DNA of 64,000 bases from an uncultured Pseudomonadota bacterium (lineage in GTDB: Bacteria > Oederibacteriota > Muellerivitia > Muellerivitales > Muellerivitaceae): contig CAVYRH010000002.1 in assembly GCA_963770835.1 (NCBI GenBank), forward strand, positions 1 to 64,000, in the 5' to 3' direction. The translations under genes were made by a program, and so were the position numbers. This document shows, piece after piece, positions 29,415-40,400 of this stretch. The notes under the pieces were generated by a model that was given only the letters and a program-made list of their open reading frames with translations, made no database searches and had not been told where the DNA came from. The stretch's first letter is position 1, and every line of letters starts with the position of its first letter.

Positions 29415-31862
29415 ATGCCGGAAATAAAGCTATGCGGAAAATGCGGTTTTAAGAATCCCGCTACCAATAACTTTTGCGAGCAATGTGGTTCGAAACTCCC
29501 GGCTACGGGGCAACCGGACAAAACACCTTCCAAACCGGCTCCATCTCCCAAAACGGTAAAATCAAATCCAGAGCCTGATTCCAAGGAAAAAAGCACGACC
29601 TCGGAAATCCCACCATCTTCCAAGAGAGCCTTTTCCTTTTCCTGGATGGAAATCGCCTATGCCATCTTGCTTTTAATCACTGTTTTCACACGTTTTGATC
29701 ACCTTGGAGCAAAACCCCACCACCATGACGAAAGTATGCATTCCTTTTATTCCTATCAACTCTTTAAGGACGGAGACTATCACTATGATCCCATGATGCA
29801 TGGGCCTTTCCAGTTCCATGGAAATGCTTTGATGTACTACTTTTTCGGGGTATCCAACGCCACTTCCAGGTACTTGGCCGCTTTCTTTGGAATTTTGACT
29901 GTGGTTTTGGCTATGTTTTTGAGGCCGTTTTTGGGCCGGTGGGGTGCCTTTCTGGCGACTGCCATGATCGTTTTTTCCCCCAGCTTTATGTATTTTGACC
30001 GGTTCTGCCGGGAAGATGCTTATATAGCTGGCGCTACTTTCCTCATGGTTGTTTTTCTTTTCCGTTACTATCGGTCACGACAGCCGTCGGACCTTTGGTG
30101 GGCGACGCTTGGATTTACCGTCGCTTTTTGTACCAAGGAGTCCATGTTCCTCACTTTGGCTGTCATCGGCACCTATCTATTTATCCGGCTGTTGCCTTGG
30201 GCCGATGTGCTCATCGCCGGGGGACTCACGGCTTTTGGCGTGATCACTCAAATTGTCCTTCCAAAGGGTGATGATTCCCAAGGTCCAGACGCCCGCACTT
30301 GGATTCTGATGGGAATTTTGGCAATTGCCTTTGGCTATACCGTCTTTCAGCTTTTTATGCGGTGGCAGGAAAACCTGAAAAAGAACAAGGCTGAAAGTTA
30401 TTTATGGGAAATCATTTGTGGGTTCGGTTTTGAAAAAATCAGTTGGAGTCTTTTAGCCTTATGCGGTTGGTGGTTTGTGACTTTGCTGATTTTGCGGGTT
30501 TTCCCCCATTTCGGGATCACCTTTCCCATACCCTTTTCATTCCTTTGGCTCTTGGCTTATTTGGGCCTTGTTCTTTGGTTTTGTTGGTTGTGGCTTAAAA
30601 ATACAGTTCCTGCTCTGACCGGTTCCATCGCCATCGGCAGTATCCTCTTCACCTTGCTGTTCACTACTTTTTTTACGGTCGGTGCCACCCAACCTGATTT
30701 CTGGTCACGCATGCACGCTCTGTTGAATGCCATTTACAATGGCGCCTTCGGGGGGTTGGAGTACTGGGCGGGCCAGCACAAAGTTCATCGCGGGGATGAG
30801 CCCTGGTATTACTACCTTGTCCAACTCCCCGCAAACGAGTTACTTTCTTTTCTCTTTTCCATTGTGGCTATGGTTTATTACGGAATATTCAAACACAAAA
30901 ATTTGCCAATTTTCCTCGGCTACTGGTATGTAGGATCCTTGGTTCTGTTCTCTTGGGCGGGAGAAAAAATGCCCTGGCTCATCATTCATCCCCTTCTGCC
31001 AGCGCTCCTTTTATCGGCTTACTTCATGGGCCAAATCATAGAGACGGTCCCTACTGTACAGGTTTGGAAATCGGCCCGGTTTGCGGCCATAATGGGGTTC
31101 GGACTTTTGCTTTCTTATTCCCTTCACTCCGCCGTCCTCTTAAGTTTTTACCATGAGGCGAATCCAGTGGAGCCCCTTGTTTATGTCCAATCCGGGCCTG
31201 ATTGCCAGGAAGTCGAACGCATCATTCGTGAAATTTCATATGGAGAAACCGGCGGGCCGAATCCGGATGCGCCACCGGCTGATCCAAACGCGCCCTCAGA
31301 TACTCAAATGAAGGAAAACGCAATGCACGACGGCCTAGCACTAACCATTGAGGATAAATGCTCTTGGCCCTTTGCTTGGCAATTAAGGGACTTCTCAAGG
31401 AGGAATCACCCGTCCAGCATTACGATGGCGGATAATCCTATTGTTTTATCGGCCACTGAATCCGATGCCCAGGCCTACCCCATTTTGAGCCAAGCTGGTT
31501 ACGTAAACCGTAAGTACAAATTAAGAATCTGGTGGGTTCCTTCCTGGTTTAAGAAGGGATTCCCCGCCACTGAAATCAATTCCAGCCTGTTTTTTACCTG
31601 GCTTTTCAGCAACTTCATTCCCATTTCCCCGGCCCGGCCCGACATGGTGGATTGGAGTGACCTGAAGAACTGGCTTCTTTACCGTCAGGTTTGGTCCGAC
31701 TTGGGAAGCTATAACTTCCGTTTGTGGGTGAGGAAAGACCTTGCGGATAAGTATGGTTTCACCGAAACCAGCCGGACAGATATCCCGACCGATTATCCCC
31801 TTGCAGCACCGACCCCTGTCCCCACGCCTGAAAAAAAGGGCCGACATAGCCACAATCCTTAA
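29415..31862 (+). CDS. TIGR03663 / Agl23-like GT-C (PMT-related) membrane glycosyltransferase with an N-terminal zinc ribbon
   Basis: CGKC..N.....FCEQCG, HHDESMH, YDPMMHGPF, RFCRED, TKES, WAGEKMPWL and EPLVYVQS motifs. Confidence 0.85.
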   Translation: MPEIKLCGKCGFKNPATNNFCEQCGSKLPATGQPDKTPSKPAPSPKTVKSNPEPDSKEKSTTSEIPPSSKRAFSFSWMEIAYAILLLITVFTRFDHLGAKPHHHDESMHSFYSYQLFKDGDYHYDPMMHGPFQFHGNALMYYFFGVSNATSRYLAAFFGILTVVLAMFLRPFLGRWGAFLATAMIVFSPSFMYFDRFCREDAYIAGATFLMVVFLFRYYRSRQPSDLWWATLGFTVAFCTKESMFLTLAVIGTYLFIRLLPWADVLIAGGLTAFGVITQIVLPKGDDSQGPDARTWILMGILAIAFGYTVFQLFMRWQENLKKNKAESYLWEIICGFGFEKISWSLLALCGWWFVTLLILRVFPHFGITFPIPFSFLWLLAYLGLVLWFCWLWLKNTVPALTGSIAIGSILFTLLFTTFFTVGATQPDFWSRMHALLNAIYNGAFGGLEYWAGQHKVHRGDEPWYYYLVQLPANELLSFLFSIVAMVYYGIFKHKNLPIFLGYWYVGSLVLFSWAGEKMPWLIIHPLLPALLLSAYFMGQIIETVPTVQVWKSARFAAIMGFGLLLSYSLHSAVLLSFYHEANPVEPLVYVQSGPDCQEVERIIREISYGETGGPNPDAPPADPNAPSDTQMKENAMHDGLALTIEDKCSWPFAWQLRDFSRRNHPSSITMADNPIVLSATESDAQAYPILSQAGYVNRKYKLRIWWVPSWFKKGFPATEINSSLFFTWLFSNFIPISPARPDMVDWSDLKNWLLYRQVWSDLGSYNFRLWVRKDLADKYGFTETSRTDIPTDYPLAAPTPVPTPEKKGRHSHNP

Positions 31863-31870
31863 AACTATCC

Positions 31871-31912
31871 AAAATAAAAAGGCGGCCTGCAAAAGGACCG
31901 CCTTTTTATTTT
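31871..31912. terminator. Bidirectional intrinsic terminator between convergent genes
   Basis: AAAATAAAAAGGCGG...CCGCCTTTTTATTTT inverted repeat. Confidence 0.85.
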
Positions 31913-31930
31913 ATATCCTATTACTTCGAC

Positions 31931-32662
31931 CTAAAGACGTCCTAACCAGGAAAACCAGCGAAGCTTTAAAACCGTCCAACCGAATTCCCAAAGCTCCTGG
32001 AAATTCAATTTGCTCTCGCCCACATGCCGGTTCACAAAAATGATGGGAATTTCCATCACCTTCGCCCCCGCCCTTAAAGCCCTAAAGAGGATCTCCACTT
32101 GGAAGGAATAGCCCTTGGCAAAAATATTTTTCATTCCAATTTTCCGGAGCAACTCCGCGCGATAGCATTTGAATCCCCCCGAGCAATCCGCTTGGTTCAG
32201 GCCAAGGAACCAGCGGCAATAAAGGTTGGCAAGCTGGCTGATCAGGAACCTCCTTGCGTTCCAATTCACCATGCCGCCATCCTTCACATAGCGGGAGCCG
32301 ATCACTAGGTCATATTGGCGGATTAAACCCAACATTTTGGGTAGGTTTGACGGATCATGGGATAAGTCGGCGTCCATAGCGATGACGTTTTGATAGCCCT
32401 TTTTCAGAGCATATTCCATACCTTGCACATAGGCCGACCCCAAACCCATCTTTCCCTTGCGATGAAGCACGAAAACCCGCTTGTCCTTCTTCGCCATGGC
32501 ATCCGCTATCTGGCCGGTGCCATCGGGAGAATTATCGTCCACAATTAATAAGTGGCAGGACTTGGCGGCCTTGAATATCTTACGGTAAACCATTTCGATA
32601 TTTCCCTTCTCGTTATAAGTCGGGACGACGATGATGGTTTTTCCCCTGCCAGTAGGTTTCAT
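31931..32662 (-). CDS. Polyprenol-phosphate mannose synthase (Ppm1/DPM1-like GT2)
   Basis: PTYNE, VDDNSPDGTG, GKMGLGSAY, MDADLSH, GSRYV, GYSFQVE and FVNRHVGESK motifs. Confidence 0.92.
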   Translation of the reverse strand: MKPTGRGKTIIVVPTYNEKGNIEMVYRKIFKAAKSCHLLIVDDNSPDGTGQIADAMAKKDKRVFVLHRKGKMGLGSAYVQGMEYALKKGYQNVIAMDADLSHDPSNLPKMLGLIRQYDLVIGSRYVKDGGMVNWNARRFLISQLANLYCRWFLGLNQADCSGGFKCYRAELLRKIGMKNIFAKGYSFQVEILFRALRAGAKVMEIPIIFVNRHVGESKLNFQELWEFGWTVLKLRWFSWLGRL

Positions 32663-32728
32663 GGAATCCTTTGAGAAATAAACTGGGGAACATCAGGTGG
32701 TCTTAAAAAATTAAACAGATTTTGAAGG

Positions 32729-33736
32729 TCATTTCGTGGCCGGCATCGCGGGAACGGTAAACCGGGCAATTTTCCCAAGCCCTTTTTCGACCACGTAAAT
32801 TCGGTTTTGGGTATCAATTGCAACTCCGGCCGCCCTCGAAAACCCATCCCCGTCTTTTTTAGGATCCTTGTTGTTTTTACGGCAAATGGCGATGAGCTGT
32901 CCCTTCGGGTCCAATTTCAAGACCGCGTTTTGGCTTGAATTGCTGGCGTAAAGAAAACCCTGACCAAAAGCCAAATATGGCACTTCATCATTTTTGCCCC
33001 GCCAAGTCGCGATTTTAATTGCGGCAATGAACTTCCCATTGGAATCGAATTTTTGAACCCGAAGATTGTCCGAGTCGGCGACATAGATGTTCCCCTGCGG
33101 GTCGGCTGTAATGCCGACCGGCTCGCGGAATTTCCCATCTCCCGTGCCCATGCCGCCCCACTCCCGGATGAAATTACCTTCGGCATCAAACTCTTGGATT
33201 TTATGATTCCCGGTATCTGAGACGTAAAACTGATTGTTGAAACCGACAATCGACCGGGGCCCAAAAAAACCGTGGGTCCATGCTTTCAAAAAATTTCCTT
33301 CGGGATCGAATTTCTGGATACGATGATTGAAGGTGTCACAAACGTAAATGTCGCCTTGTGCATCGATAAACAGTCCGCTAGGTTGCTCAAATTCCCCCTC
33401 ACCCTTTCCTTCTTTACCAATTGATAATAGGAGAGCCCCGTTTGGATCGAACTTTTGCACTCGATGTGCACTGAAATCGCTGACGTAGAAGTTGCCTTGG
33501 GCGTCCATCGCCACATCCTGAGGCTCCTTGAATTGGCCCGGTCCATCACCCGGAGAGCCCCATTCCGCATCCGCAATCACCTGAATGGATTTGGATTCGT
33601 TGATAGCCTTATTGAGGACGCCAACGACCTGGTATAAAAGAATCGTCAAGAAAGCGAATCCAAAAAGAACCAAAAAAATCTTTAGTCCCTTTTTTGCCTT
33701 CTTTTTTATGACCGGTCTCTTTTTTAACTTCGGCAT
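32729..33736 (-). CDS. Membrane-anchored NHL-repeat beta-propeller protein
   Basis: Basic N-terminus plus a TM helix, then repeated G.G.GQF.EP..VA.D..GN.YV.D..N.RVQKFD. Confidence 0.92.
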   Translation of the reverse strand: MPKLKKRPVIKKKAKKGLKIFLVLFGFAFLTILLYQVVGVLNKAINESKSIQVIADAEWGSPGDGPGQFKEPQDVAMDAQGNFYVSDFSAHRVQKFDPNGALLLSIGKEGKGEGEFEQPSGLFIDAQGDIYVCDTFNHRIQKFDPEGNFLKAWTHGFFGPRSIVGFNNQFYVSDTGNHKIQEFDAEGNFIREWGGMGTGDGKFREPVGITADPQGNIYVADSDNLRVQKFDSNGKFIAAIKIATWRGKNDEVPYLAFGQGFLYASNSSQNAVLKLDPKGQLIAICRKNNKDPKKDGDGFSRAAGVAIDTQNRIYVVEKGLGKIARFTVPAMPATK

Positions 33737-33774
33737 CCTGCCTCCTTAAATCCATCCTCGTTTGTTAATCAAAT

Positions 33775-34836
33775 TTAATGGGTAACGCCTGATTGGAAAT
33801 CCGACTGCCCTTTAACTTTAAGAATTTTACCGGCGGCGGCATCCACTACATATAGGTCTCCCTCTTTATCCACCGCCACGCCGATGGGTACCATGAACAT
33901 GGGTGCGCCGGTGGTGTTCGTAGCAAGGGTGCTAACCAATGTTCCATCCAACTTATAGCAATACACAGCTTTCCCGCGCCCATCGGAAGCGTAAATCAAT
34001 CCACGGGCTTGGTCCAGGGCTAGGTGGGGTTCCATGTCGATTTGTTCCGGCGACCACCCCTTGACTTTCCATTGACGGACAAATTGCCCTTCCGGACTAA
34101 ACACCTGGATGCGAAAATTCAAGCGATCCGCCACATAGAGATTACCGGCTTGGTCCAAGGCCAATCCAATGGGCTCGTTAAATTGCCCTTCCTTGTCTCC
34201 TTTCGTGCCCCAAGCCAAGACCTTTTTTCCGTTTTTATCGAATTTAACAATCCTATGTTTCCCGGTATCGGCAACATAGGAAACCCCCGTAGGGTCCACT
34301 GCGATTTCCCGTGGTCCAAAAAAGCCGTCGTCAGTCGTATAGGCGAATTTGATCCTTCCCTTGGAACTAAAAACTTGAATGCGACTGTTCCAGGTATCAA
34401 TCACGTAAACATTGTCGTAAGGGCCTATGGCAACACCGTTGGGCTCATGCAGCTTTCCAAGTGCCTCGGTCGTAAGTTTTTTCGCGTCCCCTCCGGCGGC
34501 CTTTGCCGCATCATAAAGCCCCCCGAATTCCGTAAGGTATTGCCAGTCGGACCCCCTGAATTTCTGGATGCGGTTGTTGCGGCTGTCGGCCACGTAGAAG
34601 TCGCCCTTGCTATCCACCGCGATTCCACGGGGATAGGCGAACTGTCCCGATCCCGCACCCGGCTGGCCTCCCTGCATCAATACTAACCCTTGTCCCGGGA
34701 CCCCAATTTTAGGCTTGGGCTTGTTCCCCAGCATGTACCAAATAAGTGTCACAAACACCAAACCTAAAATAACGACGCCGGCAATTTCCTTGGGAGTCAC
34801 TTCACGTTCGCCGATTTTCAACATATCTTCCTCCAT
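33775..34836 (-). CDS. Membrane-anchored NHL-repeat beta-propeller protein
   Basis: N-terminal TM helix; GQFAYPRGIAVD..YVADSRNNRIQKF-type repeats. Confidence 0.92.
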   Translation of the reverse strand: MEEDMLKIGEREVTPKEIAGVVILGLVFVTLIWYMLGNKPKPKIGVPGQGLVLMQGGQPGAGSGQFAYPRGIAVDSKGDFYVADSRNNRIQKFRGSDWQYLTEFGGLYDAAKAAGGDAKKLTTEALGKLHEPNGVAIGPYDNVYVIDTWNSRIQVFSSKGRIKFAYTTDDGFFGPREIAVDPTGVSYVADTGKHRIVKFDKNGKKVLAWGTKGDKEGQFNEPIGLALDQAGNLYVADRLNFRIQVFSPEGQFVRQWKVKGWSPEQIDMEPHLALDQARGLIYASDGRGKAVYCYKLDGTLVSTLATNTTGAPMFMVPIGVAVDKEGDLYVVDAAAGKILKVKGQSDFQSGVTH

Positions 34837-34894
34837 CTAATGAATTTTCGGACTCGACCTAAGCCCGACGCCGTGCGTTTGAACGACGAAAGGC

Positions 34895-37408
34895 TTACGG
34901 GTTTATCTTATAAAGAACGGAATTCCCAAATTGCTGGGCAATAGTGCCTAAATTAGAAAATTTGGCCAAAATTTCCAAGTGATCTTTGTACTTTTCGCGC
35001 TCAATATCCCCGACATAGACATAATCCACCGCATATCTTTTGAGAAGGTCCCTGGTCTGGTTGAGGTCCGGCGATGTATAAATGGAGTCGACATCCGATC
35101 GGCGACGGAAAACGGTATCGTCCGGGTCCTGGCCGCGTACCACCGCTTGATCCCAGGAGCCCCGCCATTGGGCCTCGTGGAAATCCCATCCTAAAACGGT
35201 AGGGTAGCCGGTAACAGTGGCAATCCTCGCGTATTGTTGCTGATAAGAGCCGCCCCAAGCTTCCAAGATCACCGGCACTTTTCCCCCCAGGGGTTTGATG
35301 TTTTGTTTGATCCAAATCGCAGCCTGGTAATCCACGGGATAAGTGTGTTCGTAATAAGTTTCCCCGTTCATGGTGGCCATATCTGGGGAGGAACCCCGCA
35401 TTCGAGCCGTAAAAGTGAGAATGGGATAGAAGGCGGCCCCCACAAAAGCAAAAATCGCCGCTCCCAACCAAATTGCCCTTTTCCAGGAAACCCACCGGGG
35501 CCATTGGTTTTCCATCAGCCATTTCAGCAAGGGCCCGGCGGCCAGACTGAGCAAAATCCAAACTTGATAATGAAACTTGAAAACGGTGTTCATACGGTAA
35601 AGGGCGCTATCGGAAAAATGATCCTTGATGAAAAGAACCTCGCAACCAAAAATCAAAAAAAACGCGATCATAACCATCATCATCGTAAAAACCATTTCTT
35701 TCGTTTCGGCTTTCGAGGCCAAAGCAATAATGCAAAAGAGGGAAATTAGGAGTCCCAACAGAATTGTCGACAGGGTTAGGGGGGCGAAATTCACTCCCAG
35801 TAAAAAGAGCACGATAATTCCAAGAGCCAACCATCCCCGATTGGAATCTGATTCGAGGAAAAACAACGAACCTGCTTTTTGGAGGACATCCCGTGTTTCA
35901 TCGTCCGGCAAAGGGGTCACTTCCGATTGGGCTGACAAGGCTAGTTCACCCCCGCAATAGCCACAAAACTTCTTTCCGACCCCCTCCCTGCCGCAAACCA
36001 CGCATTCCAATTCCTCGGAACGCTTGGGTTTAGGCTTCTGTGCTTTATCGCTTTTGGAGCCCAAGGCTTTACCGATAACCGCTGGGATTTCCAGGATGAA
36101 AAACAATCCGAAAATGACGACAAGATAATAAAGGTCCGTGCGGTCCTTGACGATTCCAAGGCCTTTCGCTTGGGATTGGAACTTCAAGTAAAAAGGGAGA
36201 TAAAGCAAAAAGGCGGCAATCACGATGGGGACGCCAACCAACACGACCGATTTCGCCCAAACCATGAAGTTTTTCTCGTTGGTCCACCATTGCTGCAGGA
36301 ACAGGCAAACGCCCAGGAGAAACATGAAGGTCGGGAAATCCCAACTATTCATGAAGGACAATGCACCGAAAACCAGGGCCACCAGCCCCCATTGCAGGAA
36401 CTGCCAGGACCTCTGTCCGCCGAAGAGGCTCAAGCCCGGCAGAGGAGCCTTGAGCAGGTTGTAGGCCGTGGCAATGGCAAGGAGCACAAAAGGAATCGCC
36501 ATGACATGGGGGTGCAAATCCGACAGGAAAAAACTAAAAGACGGAAACTCGTTGATGAGCTTGTCGGTGGGCGGGACTGGCACAATACGGGAAGCCTGAA
36601 AATAGTCCCAATTATGCTGCAAAGGGCTGAATAGAAATCCAAAGAAGGCCGAAACGCCCGTTTCAATCCCTGGATTGTTGGGGAAATTATAATAAGGGAT
36701 CCGCAAGTCCCCAACTTGGAAGCTTTGAATGGCCCGGTGCCAATAGTCCATATTTCCAAAAAGAACCAAGCAGGCTGTCGAAAGAAGAGAGTACCGGTAT
36801 CGGCGGGTCAGGGCATAGGCGATCGAAAAGGTACAAATGGCGGCTAGGGCCCAAAACAGGGCCACAGCCAGGTTATATCCTTCCCCCGAAGAAACGAAAG
36901 TAATCTTGCAAAGCATTGCAACGATGAAATAGCCAAAATAGTAATAGGAAATACTTCCCCCCGAAAGCCAGGGGTCCTGAGGCGGCATGGAAGGTGAAGC
37001 CAAGATGCCGTTGATCATGGCGAAGTCCATGGGTTTCTCCGTACCGGCAATCTCGTAGGTTCTCATTTTGTAGGCGCCTGCGACCAAAAGTGCCATCAAG
37101 AAAAAACACTCAATCAACAAAAAGAAGCCGATATTCTTGAAGAAAAATTCCTTAAAGGGCCGGCCGATCCAAGTCAAAAGAAGAGTGGCCGACAGTGCCG
37201 CTACCAAAATAAAGGAAAACAAAATGGTGCCGCCGCTGAAGGAAAAATATCCCAGGATCCAAGAAATATAGCCCACCAACAACAAGGCCAAAACCTTGCT
37301 GAAAACATACCCCTTGTCAGGCAAATGTTTCAGGGCCACGAAGGCAATGGGATAAGTCACCAGCCCCATCACCAACACCGCCAAGTACCAAATCAAAAGG
37401 GAAAACAT
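34895..37408 (-). CDS. DUF2298 / TIGR03662 (Chlor_Arch_YYY) membrane protein, putative GT-C, with an internal zinc ribbon
   Basis: EKPMDF, PPQDPWLSG..ISYYYFG, INEFP.FSF..SDLHPH, NSWDFP, RMNTVFKF.YQ.W, GW..HE.QWR and YVYVG..ER motifs. Confidence 0.9.
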   Translation of the reverse strand: MFSLLIWYLAVLVMGLVTYPIAFVALKHLPDKGYVFSKVLALLLVGYISWILGYFSFSGGTILFSFILVAALSATLLLTWIGRPFKEFFFKNIGFFLLIECFFLMALLVAGAYKMRTYEIAGTEKPMDFAMINGILASPSMPPQDPWLSGGSISYYYFGYFIVAMLCKITFVSSGEGYNLAVALFWALAAICTFSIAYALTRRYRYSLLSTACLVLFGNMDYWHRAIQSFQVGDLRIPYYNFPNNPGIETGVSAFFGFLFSPLQHNWDYFQASRIVPVPPTDKLINEFPSFSFFLSDLHPHVMAIPFVLLAIATAYNLLKAPLPGLSLFGGQRSWQFLQWGLVALVFGALSFMNSWDFPTFMFLLGVCLFLQQWWTNEKNFMVWAKSVVLVGVPIVIAAFLLYLPFYLKFQSQAKGLGIVKDRTDLYYLVVIFGLFFILEIPAVIGKALGSKSDKAQKPKPKRSEELECVVCGREGVGKKFCGYCGGELALSAQSEVTPLPDDETRDVLQKAGSLFFLESDSNRGWLALGIIVLFLLGVNFAPLTLSTILLGLLISLFCIIALASKAETKEMVFTMMMVMIAFFLIFGCEVLFIKDHFSDSALYRMNTVFKFHYQVWILLSLAAGPLLKWLMENQWPRWVSWKRAIWLGAAIFAFVGAAFYPILTFTARMRGSSPDMATMNGETYYEHTYPVDYQAAIWIKQNIKPLGGKVPVILEAWGGSYQQQYARIATVTGYPTVLGWDFHEAQWRGSWDQAVVRGQDPDDTVFRRRSDVDSIYTSPDLNQTRDLLKRYAVDYVYVGDIEREKYKDHLEILAKFSNLGTIAQQFGNSVLYKINP

Positions 37409-37429
37409 TTCGTCTCCAAAAGGGGATTT

Positions 37430-40400
37430 TTAGTTCTGCGCCGAAGGTGGATTATAGTAAATTTCGACCTGGGGATTCTTGTAAATCAGTGGTAAAAAGC
37501 TCGAGAACTTGGCTAATCCTTCGGCGGGATAGCCGCCTTTTCGCCCTGGCACGCCATATCTTTCCACTGCCCCTACCATCACCAGCCGTACGCCATAGGC
37601 ATCCAACATTTTTTTCACCAACTCGCTATCCGTCGACTTGAATATCTGGTCAGTCGCCAGAAATCTCTGACTGATATCGGCGTCCATCCCGGGCCGCCCC
37701 GTCAACCATTCCCGGACGTGGCCATCCCAACCCATCAGAGCAGGAATTCCGGTGAAAATGGAATACCTCGAACCCCAGGAATTATAGCCTTCCCCAACGA
37801 ACTCCAACAGGCAAGGCTGGTCTGGAATATGGTTATTCAGGAAACGAATGGCTGCCGCATCGTAGGGGCTTTCCCGGGGGATATAAGCCAACCCGTCCAA
37901 AGTTAAATTTTCGGTGTAGCCCACCCATTGTTTTCGGAAAACATCCAAAAAGCCGTGACACTTGCGGATCGTAGCGGCGTAAGGATAAACGCAAACCATT
38001 ATCGCGAACATCAACAACAAAGCCCGCCAGCTATTAAAAACCATCAATTGGCCAATATCCCTTTTCCCCTCCCAAAGCAAATAAAGCCCACCCAACACGG
38101 CAGCCGACAAAAGCGCCGGAAATAAAATTCCCGAATCAAAGTCCGAAACCCACCTTTGCGCTAGCCCTAAAACCGTCCCATAAGAAAATTGTGAAAACAG
38201 CGGCAGGAGTGAGAAAAGGCCTAGAATCCCACCCACTATCCCGATTGAGATTTTTAAAACTTGGTTCTTTACCCAGTCCTCCACCCAACACCATCCCACG
38301 AACCCAGCCACTAGAACCAAGTCCAAGACATAAACGATGGGGATTTCCATGGAGGGCAGGAAACTATCCAACAGACTTCGAAACAGCACAAACAAGATCG
38401 CCGTTGAAACCCCAATCAAAACAACCCTGGCGGAACGGACTTCTTTTTTAACTGTTTTTAAAAGAAACGCGAAAGAATCAAAAATCCTTGGCACAAAAAC
38501 ACCCACCATAATCGAAGCCAATTCCCAAGCGTTGATGCCAAATTTAAAAAGAGAGTTATTCCGCAGGTAATCGCCCCCCAGGTATTCCTTCATCACGAAA
38601 ATTTCCAAAGTGGCGACGATGAAAAAGAAAAGTGAAACTAACAAATACGAATAGGAAAGTTTCCGATCTTTGAAAACTTTGAGCACCATTCCCAGGTATA
38701 GGAAAGCTGATAACCAAAGGATTGAAAAAAGGCCGAGCCCCAGGGTCAGGGGCGCGTCCTGGTAGAGATGGAAAACACGCAAAATCAAAGCTGTCACCCA
38801 AAGGAGACCGATCGACAAGACCGCAAGCCAAAATCCCCAAACAGTCCTGAAAACAATGGCAAGGGCCAGTACAATCGCCGCCGGAGTCGCGATCATAAGG
38901 GAGAAATAGGCTTTATCGACCGGGTCCGTCCAGTGGACCCAAGAAGCGCCCCAAATCACCGTCATAGTCACAATCCCGAAGAAAAGCACGCCAGAAATTG
39001 GATGTTGCGGAGAAATAAAGCGTTCTAAAAAACCAGTGAATTTGTCCAAAATTAGGTCGAAATTCAATCGCCCCTTTGCGGGCCTCCCAAGCCAGTCCAC
39101 GAGTTCTTTATGGCTGCCAACTACAAAACTTAATCCCAGGACCGTTACGAACAGACCATAAATACCGAAAAAATCGCCCAGGGAAGTCCGTAAGCTTGGA
39201 GTCACCCACAAAACCTCGCTTTGCTGGGGGACGAAAGAAGAAAAAAACGGGCACCAAGTTACTAACATCACCAGTAAAATTCCCGCGAGGGCCAATCCCA
39301 CAGCCGTCAAATGTTTCGCGAACCCCTTCGTGGCTTTTCGCACAAATAAAACGATGATGCCCGCCCCCAATGCCAGAAGAACAAAGCTAACCAAAAGATA
39401 TTTGCTTCCCCCTAAGTTTTGATAGTCAAAACCTCGAAGAACGGTTGCCACCCAACCCAGCAGTGTCAATGATAAGATTAGAATCCCGAGAATCATCCCA
39501 AAGCCTTTTTGCAATACTTTCATCTGTAAGCCCACCACGCTCCGCAGCAAAAGTGCAAGTCCGGCAAGGATTAGCCAGGTTGGGACTTCCCAGGTATTAA
39601 GAAAAGCAATGCCACCCAATAAAAACCCAGTTGTCAAAAGTTTCGGCCAATCCTTGGACCAATCAAAAGGCTTGGCGTTTTCAGATAAATAATAGGAGCC
39701 CAAAACCGCTATCAGCAAAAGGGCAAAGGGCATGGCCAGGGTATGGGCATGCATATCCCCATAAAGCACACTGAAATAAGGAAATTCATTGATAGAGTTG
39801 GGGATCACCCTCGTCGGCCCCCAATAATCGTAAACATGCCCCAATAAGGGCCCCAAGTTGCCCGAGACAAAACATTGGTGAATGGCATCCAGGTATTGCC
39901 GGGCGCCCGCCGGATTACCGGCTGCAGCGCATAAAAGGCCCGCAATCCAGCCGCTGGTGAGTCTTCCCGATAATCCGAAAGCCACCCCGAAGGCGCCGGA
40001 GAAGATCAGGGCGAAAAGTGTGACAAGAGCAAGGTTATACGTCACTGCGGGAACCAAACCCAAAAATTTTGTGAGGATGCCCATCATCAGGTGGCCGTAA
40101 TAAAAGGTATAGCCGATGGGTTGGCCCGCCATCCACATATTCTGTGGCGGAAAGGTTTCCCCCCGGACCACCGAGGCTAAGAAACCAAAATCCATTCCCG
40201 CTTCCCCGCCGCCGTTGTACCCTTCACCGCCTGGGTCGTGGATATGAGGGATGTACATTTTCACCAAGGTAAAAAGGAGGAACATCGAGGCAAAAGCACC
40301 TTCCTGGATCATCCAAACTTTCGACCACTTGGCATAAGCGGTCTTAATCGTCGATTGGTCATGCCAATATCCGAATAGGGAGAGGGCTGCCAATAAAAGA

